From assembly GCA_001600815.1 (NCBI GenBank), contig BCKZ01000004.1, forward strand, positions 620,001 through 684,000: 64,000 nucleotides of DNA, in the 5' to 3' direction. The position numbers were made by a program, and so were the translations under genes. Shown piece after piece: positions 1-11,887 of this stretch. The stretch is from Alloascoidea hylecoeti. Taxonomy: Eukaryota. The stretch's first letter is position 1, and each line of letters begins with the position of its first letter. Below the pieces are notes generated by a model. The model ran no database searches. It was not told the origin of the DNA and worked only from the letters and a program-made list of their open reading frames with translations.

Positions 1-2
1 AT

Positions 3-812
3 GCTCTAGGCTATACGGCTCATATATGTTTACCTGATGATACATCTCCTGAAAAAGTCAATCTATTGACCGCTTTGGGTGCAATTGTGGAAAAAGTTAG
101 ACCTGCAAGTATAGTTGATAAAAAACAATATGTCAATGCTGCAAAATTAGCTGCTGAAAAATTAACAAATAATAAATCAACTAATTCAAAAGGTCTATTT
201 GCAAATCAGTTTGAAAATGAATCAAATTGGAAATGTCATTTTAAAACAACTGGTCCTGAAATTTACAAACAAACTAATGGTAAAGTTGATTTTTTCATAA
301 CCAGTGCTGGTACTGGTGGTACAATCTCTGGAATTTCAACATATTTAAAATCAAAATTAAAAAATGTTAAAGTAATATTAGCTGATCCACAAGGTTCTGG
401 TTTCTACAATAAAATAAAATACGGTGTAATGTTTGATGCTGTTGAAAAAGAAGGTCATAGACGCCGTCATCAAGTTGATACAATAATCGAAGGTGTTGGG
501 TTAAATCGAATAACGAAAAATTTTGATATTGGATCTACTTTGATTGATGATGCTATTAGAGTTAAAGATGACCAAGCTTTAAAAATGGCAAAATGGTTAG
601 TTAAAAATGATGGTTTATTCGTTGGTTCTTCAGCTGCTATTAATTGTGCTGCCATATTAAAATTGGCACAAACTGTTCCAAAGGGGAGTACAATTGTTAC
701 AATCATTTGCGATTCAGGAAATAGACATCTTTCTAAATTTTGGAAAGAAGCTGTGAAAGTTGATGATACAGTTACTTTACAGGAAATTGAGGAGTTATTT
801 ACTACTATATAA
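3..812 (+). CDS. MCY1: Cysteine synthase family PLP enzyme (5' partial; frame open from the window edge)
   Basis: Frame reads ALGYTAHICLPDDTSPEKV... upstream of the listed ORF. Motifs HFKTTGPEI, SAGTGGTISG, RRRHQVDTIIEGVGLNRIT and DGLFVGSS are typical of fungal Mcy1/Cys2-type cysteine synthases. Confidence 0.88.
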   Translation, partial: ALGYTAHICLPDDTSPEKVNLLTALGAIVEKVRPASIVDKKQYVNAAKLAAEKLTNNKSTNSKGLFANQFENESNWKCHFKTTGPEIYKQTNGKVDFFITSAGTGGTISGISTYLKSKLKNVKVILADPQGSGFYNKIKYGVMFDAVEKEGHRRRHQVDTIIEGVGLNRITKNFDIGSTLIDDAIRVKDDQALKMAKWLVKNDGLFVGSSAAINCAAILKLAQTVPKGSTIVTIICDSGNRHLSKFWKEAVKVDDTVTLQEIEELFTTI

Positions 813-2066
813 AAATGTACTTTTACTTGTATTGATTGTATTGAAACGGTTACCCCAAAAAGTCGCAAAACCTTAAAATTTTGTAGAGTGCCAAGTCCAC
901 AACCAACAGAAATGCTATGGTTACTTGCAGATACCTAAATGGGAATATGCGGCGTGAAATGTTGCAAGCAAACTCAATATGTCATGTTCTCTCACTATGA
1001 AGAACTCTTCATATTTGTATTATTAACTGGATATAAATTATATGTTTTTTAATAGAACTAGTACTGTTAATTGTTTTTTAACCTTTCGGTTGAATGGCAA
1101 CCACGGATCATTCTTTAAAGCAATCTTCATTTCATTTATAGTAGGTCTTGCATATTAACTATTGCTATATAATATAAAGCATTTAATGTTGTTTATGAAA
1201 AACGTTAATAGTGCTCCAATTATATATTCTCTGAAATATTTTATATTATAACGCCATAATTCATATGAAACTTGAATCTTTCTCCAGTAAGTCGAGAGTT
1301 TTTGATATAAGCATGTAAAGTGATTACATGCTTAGATCCCCTTTCCAACCAGGGGTTTATTTCATAGTATTCTTTTTTGAATTTGAATAATGGGAAATAT
1401 TATACTGTTACATAGTAAGTTAAAGTTTATATGCATGTATCCGTGATATATCCAGTAACATATAGCATTAACAGAACTTAAATAACAATGTCGTTTGCGC
1501 AAATGGTATCATAATTCACTATAATATGGTCTAGCTACTTTATTATTTCCTAAAAATATTAATACCAAGAATTTATACATGTATAGTTGAGAATCGAGCC
1601 CCTGTTCATAATTGCATGTGTGTGCTGTTTCTAATCAGTCAAATATAGATAAAATTTAAACCAATTGCTCAAAAGAATGAATAATGATCACTTTCTATAC
1701 TTATGTATACCTTTTTAAGTAGTTATAAGTTATAATTATAAGTGAATAATAGCAATTCGCATATATGCCATATAATCATTCACAGTGTTCCAATTGTTCT
1801 AACAATTATTTAGGATAATTTATTAATATCATGTAATACACAAACATTCAAACTTAAAAATGTTGTGATTGCTAAAACTTCGAATAACTTACTAATTTTT
1901 ATGTATTTTACGAAGCCAAACCCCGTAGATACCCTTTTGCTTTTTGTTATATTGCTTCTTTTAACTAGAATGAAATAAATATCTGAAATAATTTTCTTTG
2001 GTATTTAAGACGAGGACCATTCCCAGTTTTTCAAAAATTTTCACTTCACAGTTTATTTCGAAAAAA

Positions 2067-3371
2067 ATGAAATTATTTTCTCTTATCGCCCCTGCTATTT
2101 TGGCTGGTTCTGCTTATGCCGGTGAATCCTTCTTATTATCTGAAAAGGGTTCAGCCGCTCTTGCTCCTTTACAAGGTTATGCTGAATTACAGAGTCAAAG
2201 TTACGCCGCTGGCGATAATTTTGCTTCTGAATATCTTGTTCCATCTGCCTCTAGATTTCAAACTCAAGCCCTTGCAGGTTACGACTTGGTCAAACTTTGG
2301 GAAAATCTTCCTGTTTTAAATGTCTCAATCGCTTTATATACGGATAAGAATAAAAAAGAATTAGTTATTTCTTTTACAAGTGGTGCTTCTCCTTCTACTT
2401 ATTTCGATGAAAACAATTCTCAATTAGTTCCATATGTTCCTGGTACCGGTGACGCTCCTTCCACTCCTGTTTCCACTTCTGGTGCTACTCTTGGTTCTGA
2501 TAAGCAAGCTACACCAGTTTCTCCTATTTCAGTACCAACAGTACCATCACCTATCAGTGGCTTGGAAGCCAAAGCACATAAAGTCGCTTTAAGGGCCGCG
2601 AAATATGCTTGGACATTCCTCAAACCATTTATTAAATCTTATGTTAAACAATTCCCCGGGATGGTTGTTAGAGTTCTTGGACACTCACTCGGTGGTCCCC
2701 TTGCAGGTATAACCGGTTTAGAATTAAAAGATGCTGGATTTGGTAATGTCAAAGTTATGACTTATGGTTCACCAAGATATGGTAACTCCGACCTGGCCGA
2801 GCTTACTGATAGATATTTTAATAATTCATTAACATTTGAGAACTTGGCTGAAGGTAACGTTACAGGTTTCATTCGTCATGCTCATGATTTTGATATCATC
2901 ACTGGTTTACCATCATCAGACTTAGGTTATGCCCCAGCTGGTTTAGAAGTTTACCTTACTAACCAAGAATTACCTGTTACCCCAGAAGACGTTGTTGTCT
3001 GTGCTCCAGGTAGTGTTAACTGTGATGGATTAGAAAAATTTAACCCACCGAGTGTCTATTCAGGTGTTGATAATATATTTACTGAATTATATAAAGCTCA
3101 CTCTTTATATTATACTTATCAAGTCCCATCTGCCTCCAATGTTGCTAAAACTATTGGAAAGAGTCGTGCCTCTTCTGATGAAACCGCATCTATTGGTGAT
3201 TTACTTACAGATATTAATACATTAGGAGGTACATTTTTTAAGGATTTGATGAACTTTGTTGGTCCATGTGTTGAAAACAATGGCCTCATCGGTTGTGCTG
3301 ATGAAGTAATTAAGAGAATTCAAACCTTATACAACCTCATCAAAACCATCGCTGGTGGTAGTGGTCTCTAA
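2067..3371 (+). CDS. Secreted class-3 lipase (alpha/beta hydrolase)
   Basis: ATG at 2067 after an A-run, followed by a signal peptide (MKLFSLIAPAILAGSAYA). Nucleophile elbow VLGHSLGG, then TYGSPRYGN, catalytic Asp region HDFDIITGLP and His region AHSLYY. Confidence 0.88.
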   Translation: MKLFSLIAPAILAGSAYAGESFLLSEKGSAALAPLQGYAELQSQSYAAGDNFASEYLVPSASRFQTQALAGYDLVKLWENLPVLNVSIALYTDKNKKELVISFTSGASPSTYFDENNSQLVPYVPGTGDAPSTPVSTSGATLGSDKQATPVSPISVPTVPSPISGLEAKAHKVALRAAKYAWTFLKPFIKSYVKQFPGMVVRVLGHSLGGPLAGITGLELKDAGFGNVKVMTYGSPRYGNSDLAELTDRYFNNSLTFENLAEGNVTGFIRHAHDFDIITGLPSSDLGYAPAGLEVYLTNQELPVTPEDVVVCAPGSVNCDGLEKFNPPSVYSGVDNIFTELYKAHSLYYTYQVPSASNVAKTIGKSRASSDETASIGDLLTDINTLGGTFFKDLMNFVGPCVENNGLIGCADEVIKRIQTLYNLIKTIAGGSGL

Positions 3372-5914
3372 ATATTTTTTAGTTTCCATCTAACTTATAA
3401 TTATGAGCTAACGATATAAACGTTAACAATGATGAACATTTTTTCTTTCTTATGTTTGTTTTATAATAAGCTTGATCTTTAACCAATGACTATGATTGTT
3501 AAATTTATGTAACTTTCTTTTTATCATGTGCTCATTTTTTTCATTCTATTGAAAATTCTTTAATGTATTATGGTATAGTATATTTATGTATTTTATAATT
3601 TATTATTATCTTTCTTTATATCTATCTAAACTTTATATTCCCATGTTAAAAAATTAAAGTCAACATCAACACAAATGTTGACATTTTCACACATGTGAAT
3701 TATATACACTAATTCAACAAAAAATGTTAGTGGTTTAAAAAGCTTTCTATAGTTATAATTTTTTAGTATGGTATAACATTATTATATACAATTTCATTAG
3801 TCTAGATTCTAACATAGTCATAAACAGAATCTTAATTGACACTAATAAATAATTCCTATTAATTTAATAGCTTTAGTTATAGTTTCTCATTAATATGGTT
3901 TTTATACCCCACTATTTTCCATTTTCGTAATAACATTCACGCAACAGTTAGGTCCAGCTATCGTCTATAGCTATCTAGATTTTACTGGTATCGGTATAAA
4001 TTTGTTTACAACCGAGACAAGATATTGATATACATAGATATAGGCTAAATATAGCTATAGACTTTTCAGGTAATTAATATATCTTAATACAGCTAATTAT
4101 AGATTTTTCATATGTAGATCATGAAGCAAGAAACTCAAAACATGATTGCAGAATTAATCATTTTTACAACATATTATATGCCCTATGGCTGATTAAGCGG
4201 TATAGTAGATGTCAAATGCATTTTGACGTTTTGACATGGACCATAATATACAAAAACTCCACACCAATAAGAACTTTTTCAGCTAAGATGATCCATTTTA
4301 ATATTTTCTAAATAATATTCATATATGATTGGTGGATTGTATAAATCAAAGTTGTGCCTGGGCCCTGTAGGTCCACGCCAACTTTAATATTATGAAGATG
4401 AAACGATGTTTAAGACACCGAATAATAATTTTAGTTAAATCGATACTAAACTAATATAATTCTTCAACCACAATTGTAAATGTAATGGACAATTACGCGT
4501 GGACGCGTTACTGTGGGATGCGGGTACAAGCGGGCTGGTGCTACTTAACATAACTTATTTCTGGATTGGGATTTTCAAAGAATATATATTTATATTTGAT
4601 TTGATTTGATTATATAATAGAGATCATACTTCTCAAGTTATAAAGTAGCCAAATCTTTAATATTTTTATAAAAAGAATATAATTAATTCATATTAGAGTG
4701 GCTATAACATTATACCAGATAACTAAAATGGAGTGCTTTATATATAAAAAAAAAGGGCTCGAGAGCTCAAGACTCAAATTTCAATTCAATTCAATTCAAT
4801 TCAAATAACAATAAAAATAGTACATAATAATTATAAAGCCAGTTATATAGAGAGTAGCACTATATAGATAGACAAAATATATAGTTGTAAAATATATAAT
4901 AAAATAATGATTAAAAGACAAGGCCAACCTAGTACTTTAAAATCAAAATCAAGATCAAGATCAAATTGGAAAATAAAAAGAGAATTGACAGAGTGTAATT
5001 GGATGAATGAAATCAATATTAACATTATAATTAACTTGACTTTAATAGAAACTTAAAAAAGAAAAGATGGAAGGTGAGACTATGTCAAATTGACAGCTAG
5101 AAGAATTGTGTCTTAATTTTCTTTAGGAGAAAATTTTAAAACAGAAACAACAAACAACAAACAAATAAAAAAAGGAGAGGGTGTAAAATATATATTGAAT
5201 TATAATTGTAATTGTAATTGTATAACTTATTGTATTTGCAAAGAGTGGAAAGGCATGGAACTTGGAATCATAGAGGTAAGAAAATGCCAATATATATCAA
5301 GAAGCTGAGTAAAGAGTAAAAAAGACACTAATAAATAAAAATATTCAGCAAAAAAAACTTTTTTCATATAGGAAAAAACTGACAACTCAAATCAAACATT
5401 TTGTAAACAAAATAAAATAAAATTTAAATAAAAAACAAAAAGGTAATAATAGTAAAAGGTAATAATAATGATTATAAAATGAAGATTATTCTATTCATCT
5501 TCACTTTCCTTTTTAAAAAAAATATAAAATAAAATCTCATATAAAATGCTATTTCATTGTTAATTTTTTATTTGAATCTGTTTATTTTTTTTTTTTAATT
5601 TGACCATTCCATTTCTATTAATTAAATGGAAAAAATTAATATTAATATTGGTCATTCACGAAAACCACACACACGACACTCAATCATCATTTCTTTCCAA
5701 TAAAGTAATATAACAATTAAATTTTTTTTTTTAAAAAAAGGGGTTTTCCAAGGGGGTAGGGGAGAGATCATATTCCTTTCATATCATATATCAACAATAC
5801 CAGCTTGAAAATAAAATAAAATAAAAATAAGAAATAAGAAGTAAGAAAAAAGATTAACAAAAGATTAACACAAAGAGAATTGAAAAAACTAGCTAGCTAA
5901 CGTTGATGAAAAAT

Positions 5915-8366
5915 TTAAACCCAACCTAATGAATTTTCAGAACTAACAGGTTGTGAAATACTAACTTGAGTTCTAGCACTTCTTGGGGTATTATTAACAA
6001 GACTTGCTAAAAATGATTGATTACTACTACCATTACTGGAAGACGATCTATCAGAATTACCTGAATTAACAGAATAAGTTCTACTAAAAGCTCTTTCTTC
6101 CATTGGTGATCTTAAACTAACTTCAGTCATACCTGGCATTGTTGCAACAATTGAATTTGCCGAAGAATTATCATCATTACCTGGCATTATATTTCTACCT
6201 TGTAATTGAAGTTGTTTAATTGTCTGTTGTTTTCTATAATGACGAATAACTGCATAAACTAAGGTAACATAAGCAATACCACCAACAATTGTACCAACTG
6301 CAACACCAGCTACTTTAGCAGGGGATGCAGTTTCAGCACTATTACCATAACCCGAATCATCACTACTAGCAGCATTTGAACTTGATGCAGTATCAGACGT
6401 ATCAATTGATGTTAAAGAAGATAATGAAGAAGCAGAATTATCACCATTTGTAGTACCAGCAGAATTTGAATTCGTTTCACCAGATGTTAATTTTGAGCCA
6501 GATAAAACACCAACTAATGGAATTCTTGAATCAATTAATGATGCTAAAGTTTTTTCAATTGTAACTGAACTAGTATATAATTCAGAATCTGAATCATAAA
6601 CTAATTTTTGTAAATTTGTAACATCATCAGTTGGATAATAAATTGCAACAATGCTTATAATATAATCTAATTCGGAAGATTCATATGGTACAATTTCTTT
6701 TATAACAATTGAATCAGAATCTGTTAAATTATTTGGACGACCAATTGTATTTGGTAAATATTGAAAAATTTGTGCAACTGTTAATGGATGTGATGAAACA
6801 AAATTATAATTTAATTCTGATGTAAAACCAATACTAATTAATGTTGTATCACTTGGTTGTTTAACATTTGAGTTTTGAGTAATTTTTTTAGGTAAATTTG
6901 TACTTGTAGCCGTTGCACTAGCAGTAGCTTCAGTTTGAATAATTAAGTTTGATGGTAACCAATCACTAGTGGCTGATGTTTCTGAAGACACAGAAGCAGA
7001 GGCAGAAGATTTAGCGCTGGATAAAATTTGAGTAGCACTAGATGTAAATGTAGTACCTGAAGTCGAAGGGGTTGTAGGAACGCTTGTTGAAGCAGCTACT
7101 GTAGAAGATATTGAAGCACTGTAAATAGTTGAAAATGTATTTGAACTCTTACCAGAAGAGTACGCAACAGAGACTCCAGAGGAAGAGGCCGCAGATTGGG
7201 AAGAAACCGCTTGAGTTGACGACAAAATTTTAGATTGAGCACTACTTAATCCTGAGGCAGATGATAAAGCTGAAGCTGAGGAAAGACCTGAAGATACAGC
7301 AGGAGCAGACGATACAGCGGATGCTGATGACAAGCCTGAAGATCTAGCTGTNNNNNNNNNNNNNNNNNNNNNNNNNNNNNNNNNNNNNNNNNNNNNNNNN
7401 NNNNNNNNNNNNNNNNNNNNNNNNNNNNNNNNNNNNNNNNNNNNNNNNNNNNNNNNNNNNNNNNNNNNNNNNNNNNNNNNNNNNNNNNNNNNNNNNNNNN
7501 NNNNNNNNNNNNNNNNNNNNNGAAGAGAGACCTGAAGATAGAGCTGAAGCTGAAGAGAGACCTGAAGATAGAGCTGAAGCTGAAGAGAGACCTGAAGATA
7601 GAGCTGAAGCTGAAGAAAGACCTGAAGATAGAGCTGAAGCTGAGGATAAAGCTGAAGCTGAAGACAATCCCGAGGACAAAGCAGGAGCAGACGAAATAGG
7701 AGATGCTGAAGATAGACCTGAGGACAAAGCAGGAGCAGAAGATAAACCTGAGGTTATAGCTGCGGATGCTGAAGTTAAACCTGAAACTGTTGATAAACCT
7801 GAGGCTGTAGACAAACCTGAAGATAAAGCAGGAGCTGATGAATAAGTTAAAGCTGAAGATAAAGGAGATCCTGAGGAAAGGGCTTGGGTTGAAGACAAGG
7901 CTTGGGTTGAAGGAATAGGTTGGGTTGATTGGGTGAGGGCTGAGGATACGGTGATAGAAGCCGAGGATATCAGAGCATCTGAGGCAGTGGAAGTCTGAGA
8001 CACTTGTGACTGCATTTGGGCAGAATAGTAGGAGGATAGGAAGGAAGCCTTGGCCTCACTCAGAGCAGCACTAAGCGCAGGTTGTGTTGAAGTAGAAGTT
8101 TGTGAAGATTGAGATTCAGGGGTTGAAGCGATGGAGGTTAAGGAAGAAGCGGCAGATGAGGTTTTCACGGTGGTCGAGTTTCCATAAACAGCCAGCTTGT
8201 TGGTCTCCAGATTTACATCGAGGTTGAGTGAATCGTCTCTCAATCTGAGTTTCCGAGATAACTTTTTCATTTCGTCGAGTCTTTTTGAAATGTCGCGGTT
8301 TGGGGCAGCCCAAGCGGCCGGAGCCATGGTGAGGAGGGCGAGACTGAGCCAGGAGGAGTAAAGCAT
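5915..8366 (-). CDS. MSB2: Signalling mucin of the Msb2/Hkr1 family (one gene spanning the N gap)
   Basis: Signal peptide at 8366, long Ser/Thr/Ala repeats on both sides of the gap, HMH-like domain (ISIGF..ELNYNFV...AQIFQYLP), one TM helix (VAGVAVGTIVGGIAYVTLVYAVI) and C-terminal ISQPVSSENSLGW. Confidence 0.85.
7245..7860 (-). repeat. Coding tandem repeat, ~30-bp unit (SSASALSSGL), interrupted by an assembly gap
   Basis: GAAGAGAGACCTGAAGATAGAGCTGAAGCT is repeated from 7522, with degenerate copies on both sides of the N run. Confidence 0.85.
7352..7521. other. Assembly gap (170 N)
   Basis: Run of n characters inside the mucin repeat. Confidence 0.99.
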
Positions 8367-8567
8367 CGAGCCTGGATAACTATAAAAGAAGGTGGAAGAG
8401 TTGGACTTGAAGAGAGTAGAAGAAGAAAAGAGAGATCAGCATTGAAATTGTCACTATACATAGGCTACGATAATAAAAGGCGTATATAAAAATAGTTGGC
8501 ATTCCAGCCTCAGAAGGAGACCCGATCGTAAACCCGAATGCACAGGCAGGCCTGCATACGCGTGCAT

Positions 8568-10576
8568 CTACTGCGGTTGCCGGGCCAACGCCACTTTCGT
8601 CTCCACTTCCAGCAGCAGTACACGCCAAATCTCCGCGACAAACGGCTCCGCGTCTTCCTCCAGCGCCACGGCCATTTCCTCCACCACCTGCCGTGCCGAA
8701 GTGTGCGCTTCCAGCAGGCCAACTATAATCCCCACTGTTTCATCGTCGTCCTCCCCAACGACAGAAACCAGCCCTCGCCTCACCCACGGCCGGATTCCCT
8801 CCAGCATTTCCGAATCCACAGCCTCCCAAACAACTGGAAACCCGAATATTCCTTCGGCATCTCGAGGAATTCGCTTGTCGGCTGCTTCCCGCGCTTCAAC
8901 CACCCGTCGCGCCTGTTCTGCAACACTAACTCCTCCCTCTTCCTTCTCCACAAATACTCCAATATTGTTGTTTTTAGTACCTGTGGTATTACTGCTCTTC
9001 AGCGACATTTTGATCTTACCTCCAGTACTGTGTAATAATGTATTTTTAGTACCATGTTTGTCATTAATCTCTTCTTCCTCTTCTCTATTATCCTTTTCAA
9101 TCTCTCTCATTCTGAAATTTATTCTTTCTTTTAACCATTTAGCATGATCATAGTAATATTCCAATTCCTTCGTTTCTTTTTGTACATCGTCATCAAAACT
9201 TTTAAAATATTCAATATCTTTTTTTCTTTGAATGATTAATTGTGTTTCATACTCTTCAAGTCTTTGTTTTTCTTTTAAATTGGATCTTTGAATGTTCATT
9301 TCTCTATTTTTCCATTCTCCTTCTTTAATTAAAAATCTTGATTCAATTAAATCTTCTTCTTTATTAATTCTTTTCATTTCAACTTCATAATCATCTTCAA
9401 TATCATCATCATCTAATTCTGTTTCTGAATCAGTATCTGAATTATCAATATCCATATCATTTGTATTATTATAATCTCTATCAATAAATTTTTTTTTAGA
9501 ACTTTCTTCCCTTCTTTTTTTCATTTCTTCTTCAATTTTTGCTTTACGTAAATCATACCATCTACCTTTATCTCTAAATTGTAAAATTTCTTCTCCGACT
9601 CTTTGTTTTAAATCATCTGGTACTTTTTCTAATCCAATTGATATTGGTTCATTAATAATTGGATTTTGAATTGTTAATTCTTCATCTTTAATTATATCAA
9701 TTATACCTGGTTTTTCATACCAATTTTTTAATTTTATATTAAGATTTTCAATTAAGTTTTTAAAATTTGATGAATCTTTTGAAAATTGTGATTGAATTTG
9801 ATTTATATTTTGATTTATATATGATTTTGTTGGTTCTTCCATATGAACAATAATATGATTTTTTGTATCCTCTTTATCATTTCCATCTTCTTTATCATTA
9901 ACTGTAGGAATTTCAACAATTTTAAAAATTTCATCAATTAACCAAACTCCTAAAATATCATTAAATTTAACAAAACAATTATTTGTAACTTTACCATTTA
10001 AATCTCTAATTCTACATAAATTTTCGAAATTTGGTATTAATTTCATCAAATTTTCTAATGTATCATTCCTCATATTAATTGGTATATTACTTAAAATTAT
10101 AATATTTAATTTATCTTGTTGATTTTTAGAAATAAATGGTGCTATTTGTGTTGAATAAAATTGTGATAATGGAATTGAAATAGTTATTGCTTTATCTCCT
10201 TCATCTTTGTTTTTACTATCATTTGTTTTGGTGATGTTTGGTGTAATATCTGTATTCACCACTTCATTATTGTCATTATTGCTATTAGTATTAACATTTT
10301 GTTTAGGAATATTGGATTTAACAAGACTTGGAATTTGAGGAATCATGCCAGGAATAACCCCAATACCTGGTATAATCCCTATATTATTATTATTGTTTGT
10401 TACTGTTCCAGGAGTTTGGAATGGAAGCCCAGGAATCATTCCATTATTATTAATAGCTGTTTATATTAAGTTAGTTTTATTTCTTTATTGGTTATAAAAA
10501 AGATATAATACATACTCGGCAATCCAGGAATTCCTGCTGGTAATCCAGGTATTCTATTAGGCAATCCAGGAATCAT
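8568..10576 (-). CDS. SNU71: U1 snRNP-associated PWI-domain protein (Snu71/Usp107/RBM25 family); intron 10457-10515
   Basis: Exon 1 MIPGLPNRIPGLPAGIPGLP, GTATGT donor, ACTAAC branch and CAG acceptor join in frame to the 623-aa ORF. RRM-like N-terminal part, charged middle and C-terminal PWI domain (FGFPVVW...IRPWVRRGLVSVVGEDD...FVAEIWRVL). Confidence 0.82.
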
Positions 10577-10666
10577 ATTCTATTAATATTTCAATAATAA
10601 AAAATAAATGAAATCCTATATTATAAAACATTCAAGAAATTTGAAAGAAAGTGAAAATATAAATAT

Positions 10667-10674
10667 CCGGGTAA
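10667..10674. promoter_or_regulatory. Reb1-type site CCGGGTAA upstream of SNU71
   Basis: Exact match to the S. cerevisiae Reb1 consensus ~90 bp upstream of the ATG. Function in this species is inferred. Confidence 0.45.
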
Positions 10675-10680
10675 ATTGAA

Positions 10681-11374
10681 TTATTTCACTTAATTTAGGC
10701 CACTTGGTGAATTAGATAATCGGTATAATTTACCTTGAATTAATTATTCAGAAACTTGAAACACTAATGTTCGGCCACCCATAAGACCCGAATATTAGGT
10801 GGTGATTAAGCTATGTTATAATTTTTCTATACATATTTACTTCTTCTATTTTATTTGAACTTATTTGTCCTCAGCTAGCAAGAAATGGAAAATCTACACA
10901 CTCACAAGGCTAAGATTCAAAAAAAGATCCAGATCATCCTCAAATCTCAATACATGTAACAAGCTCGATACAAAATAAGGCAAATATTATTTACGGAGAA
11001 AAGCTTATAGTAATATATGGTCATAAATTTTGCCAAAAATTAATGCTGAAGAATTGTATTTAAAATGGGCGAACATAAGTACATCAAGAAGGCAATAATT
11101 TGTAGTCCGCATGGCCGATCATTAGTGCTTACTGTGTCTATTTATTCAGTAGATATATCAAATTAGCCGATTAATTAGCTCATAAATGTCTGAGTATATT
11201 TTTGTTCATCGCAGCAAATCCAATTCGCATAAATGTGTATATGGCCGATAATTATTTATCAGAATGGCTCTATCACCTCACATGGCCGAAGCATACCACA
11301 TCGAGGTGCTGAATATAGTGTCTCCTATGGTTAAATATTTAGTCTTCCATGTGACCGAAATTAGGTGAAGTGAC
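10681..11374. mobile_element. Degenerate TIR-bounded non-autonomous DNA transposon (MITE-like) with internal repeats
   Basis: Left end TTATTTCACTTAATTTAGGCC is identical to 15751-15771. Right end TGACCGAAATTAGGTGAAGTGAC is a degenerate inverted copy. There is an internal inverted pair CACTAATGTTCGGCCA (~10762) / TGGCCGATCATTAGTG (~11112) and further TGGCCGA copies at ~11242 and ~11283. Confidence 0.6.
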
Positions 11375-11887
11375 CTATAGGTCAAGTGTACCCGTAGGCC
11401 CAAAATAAATCATTTAATTTTTCATTGTATTCATATAATATGGTCAGCTCAGCAATATAATATTGTATGACATGGTTTAATTTCGATGGTTAAAAGTTTA
11501 AAGATCCTGAACTTTGGTGAAGAACTGTCAGAGTTTTAATAATACATGTTATTCATGATACTACAAAGAAATGGTTTGCGATCTGGGTGAGCAGCAAGAA
11601 AAATAAATACAAAGTTGCTCCAATACTTCCAAGATAGAGTTTATAATTTGTTTATAACAATCCCTTATTGAGATGTTCATTGTGTTTGATATTTTAAATA
11701 TAGTCTCAGATACGGAATACCTTACAGTTAGACAGTTTCTAGACTTGAATCATGGTGATACTTCTTGTTGAGATTAACATTAAAATTTAGGATAATAATC
11801 TATCAATGTATATAATCTTAAAAATATAATAGTCTTTCGGCTTCAATAAAAATTTCCTCCTTCATATATTTGTAGCTAGTTTGAAAT

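Noticed and set aside
5915..7333. Treating the 472-aa and 340-aa mucin ORFs as two genes or a frameshift
   Set aside because: The break coincides with an N gap of estimated length inside a tandem repeat; one gene is more parsimonious.
8510..9147. Several overlapping ORFs (165 aa, 148 aa and others) over the SNU71 3' end
   Set aside because: Explained by stop-codon scarcity in the local GC-rich tract; no recognisable motifs.
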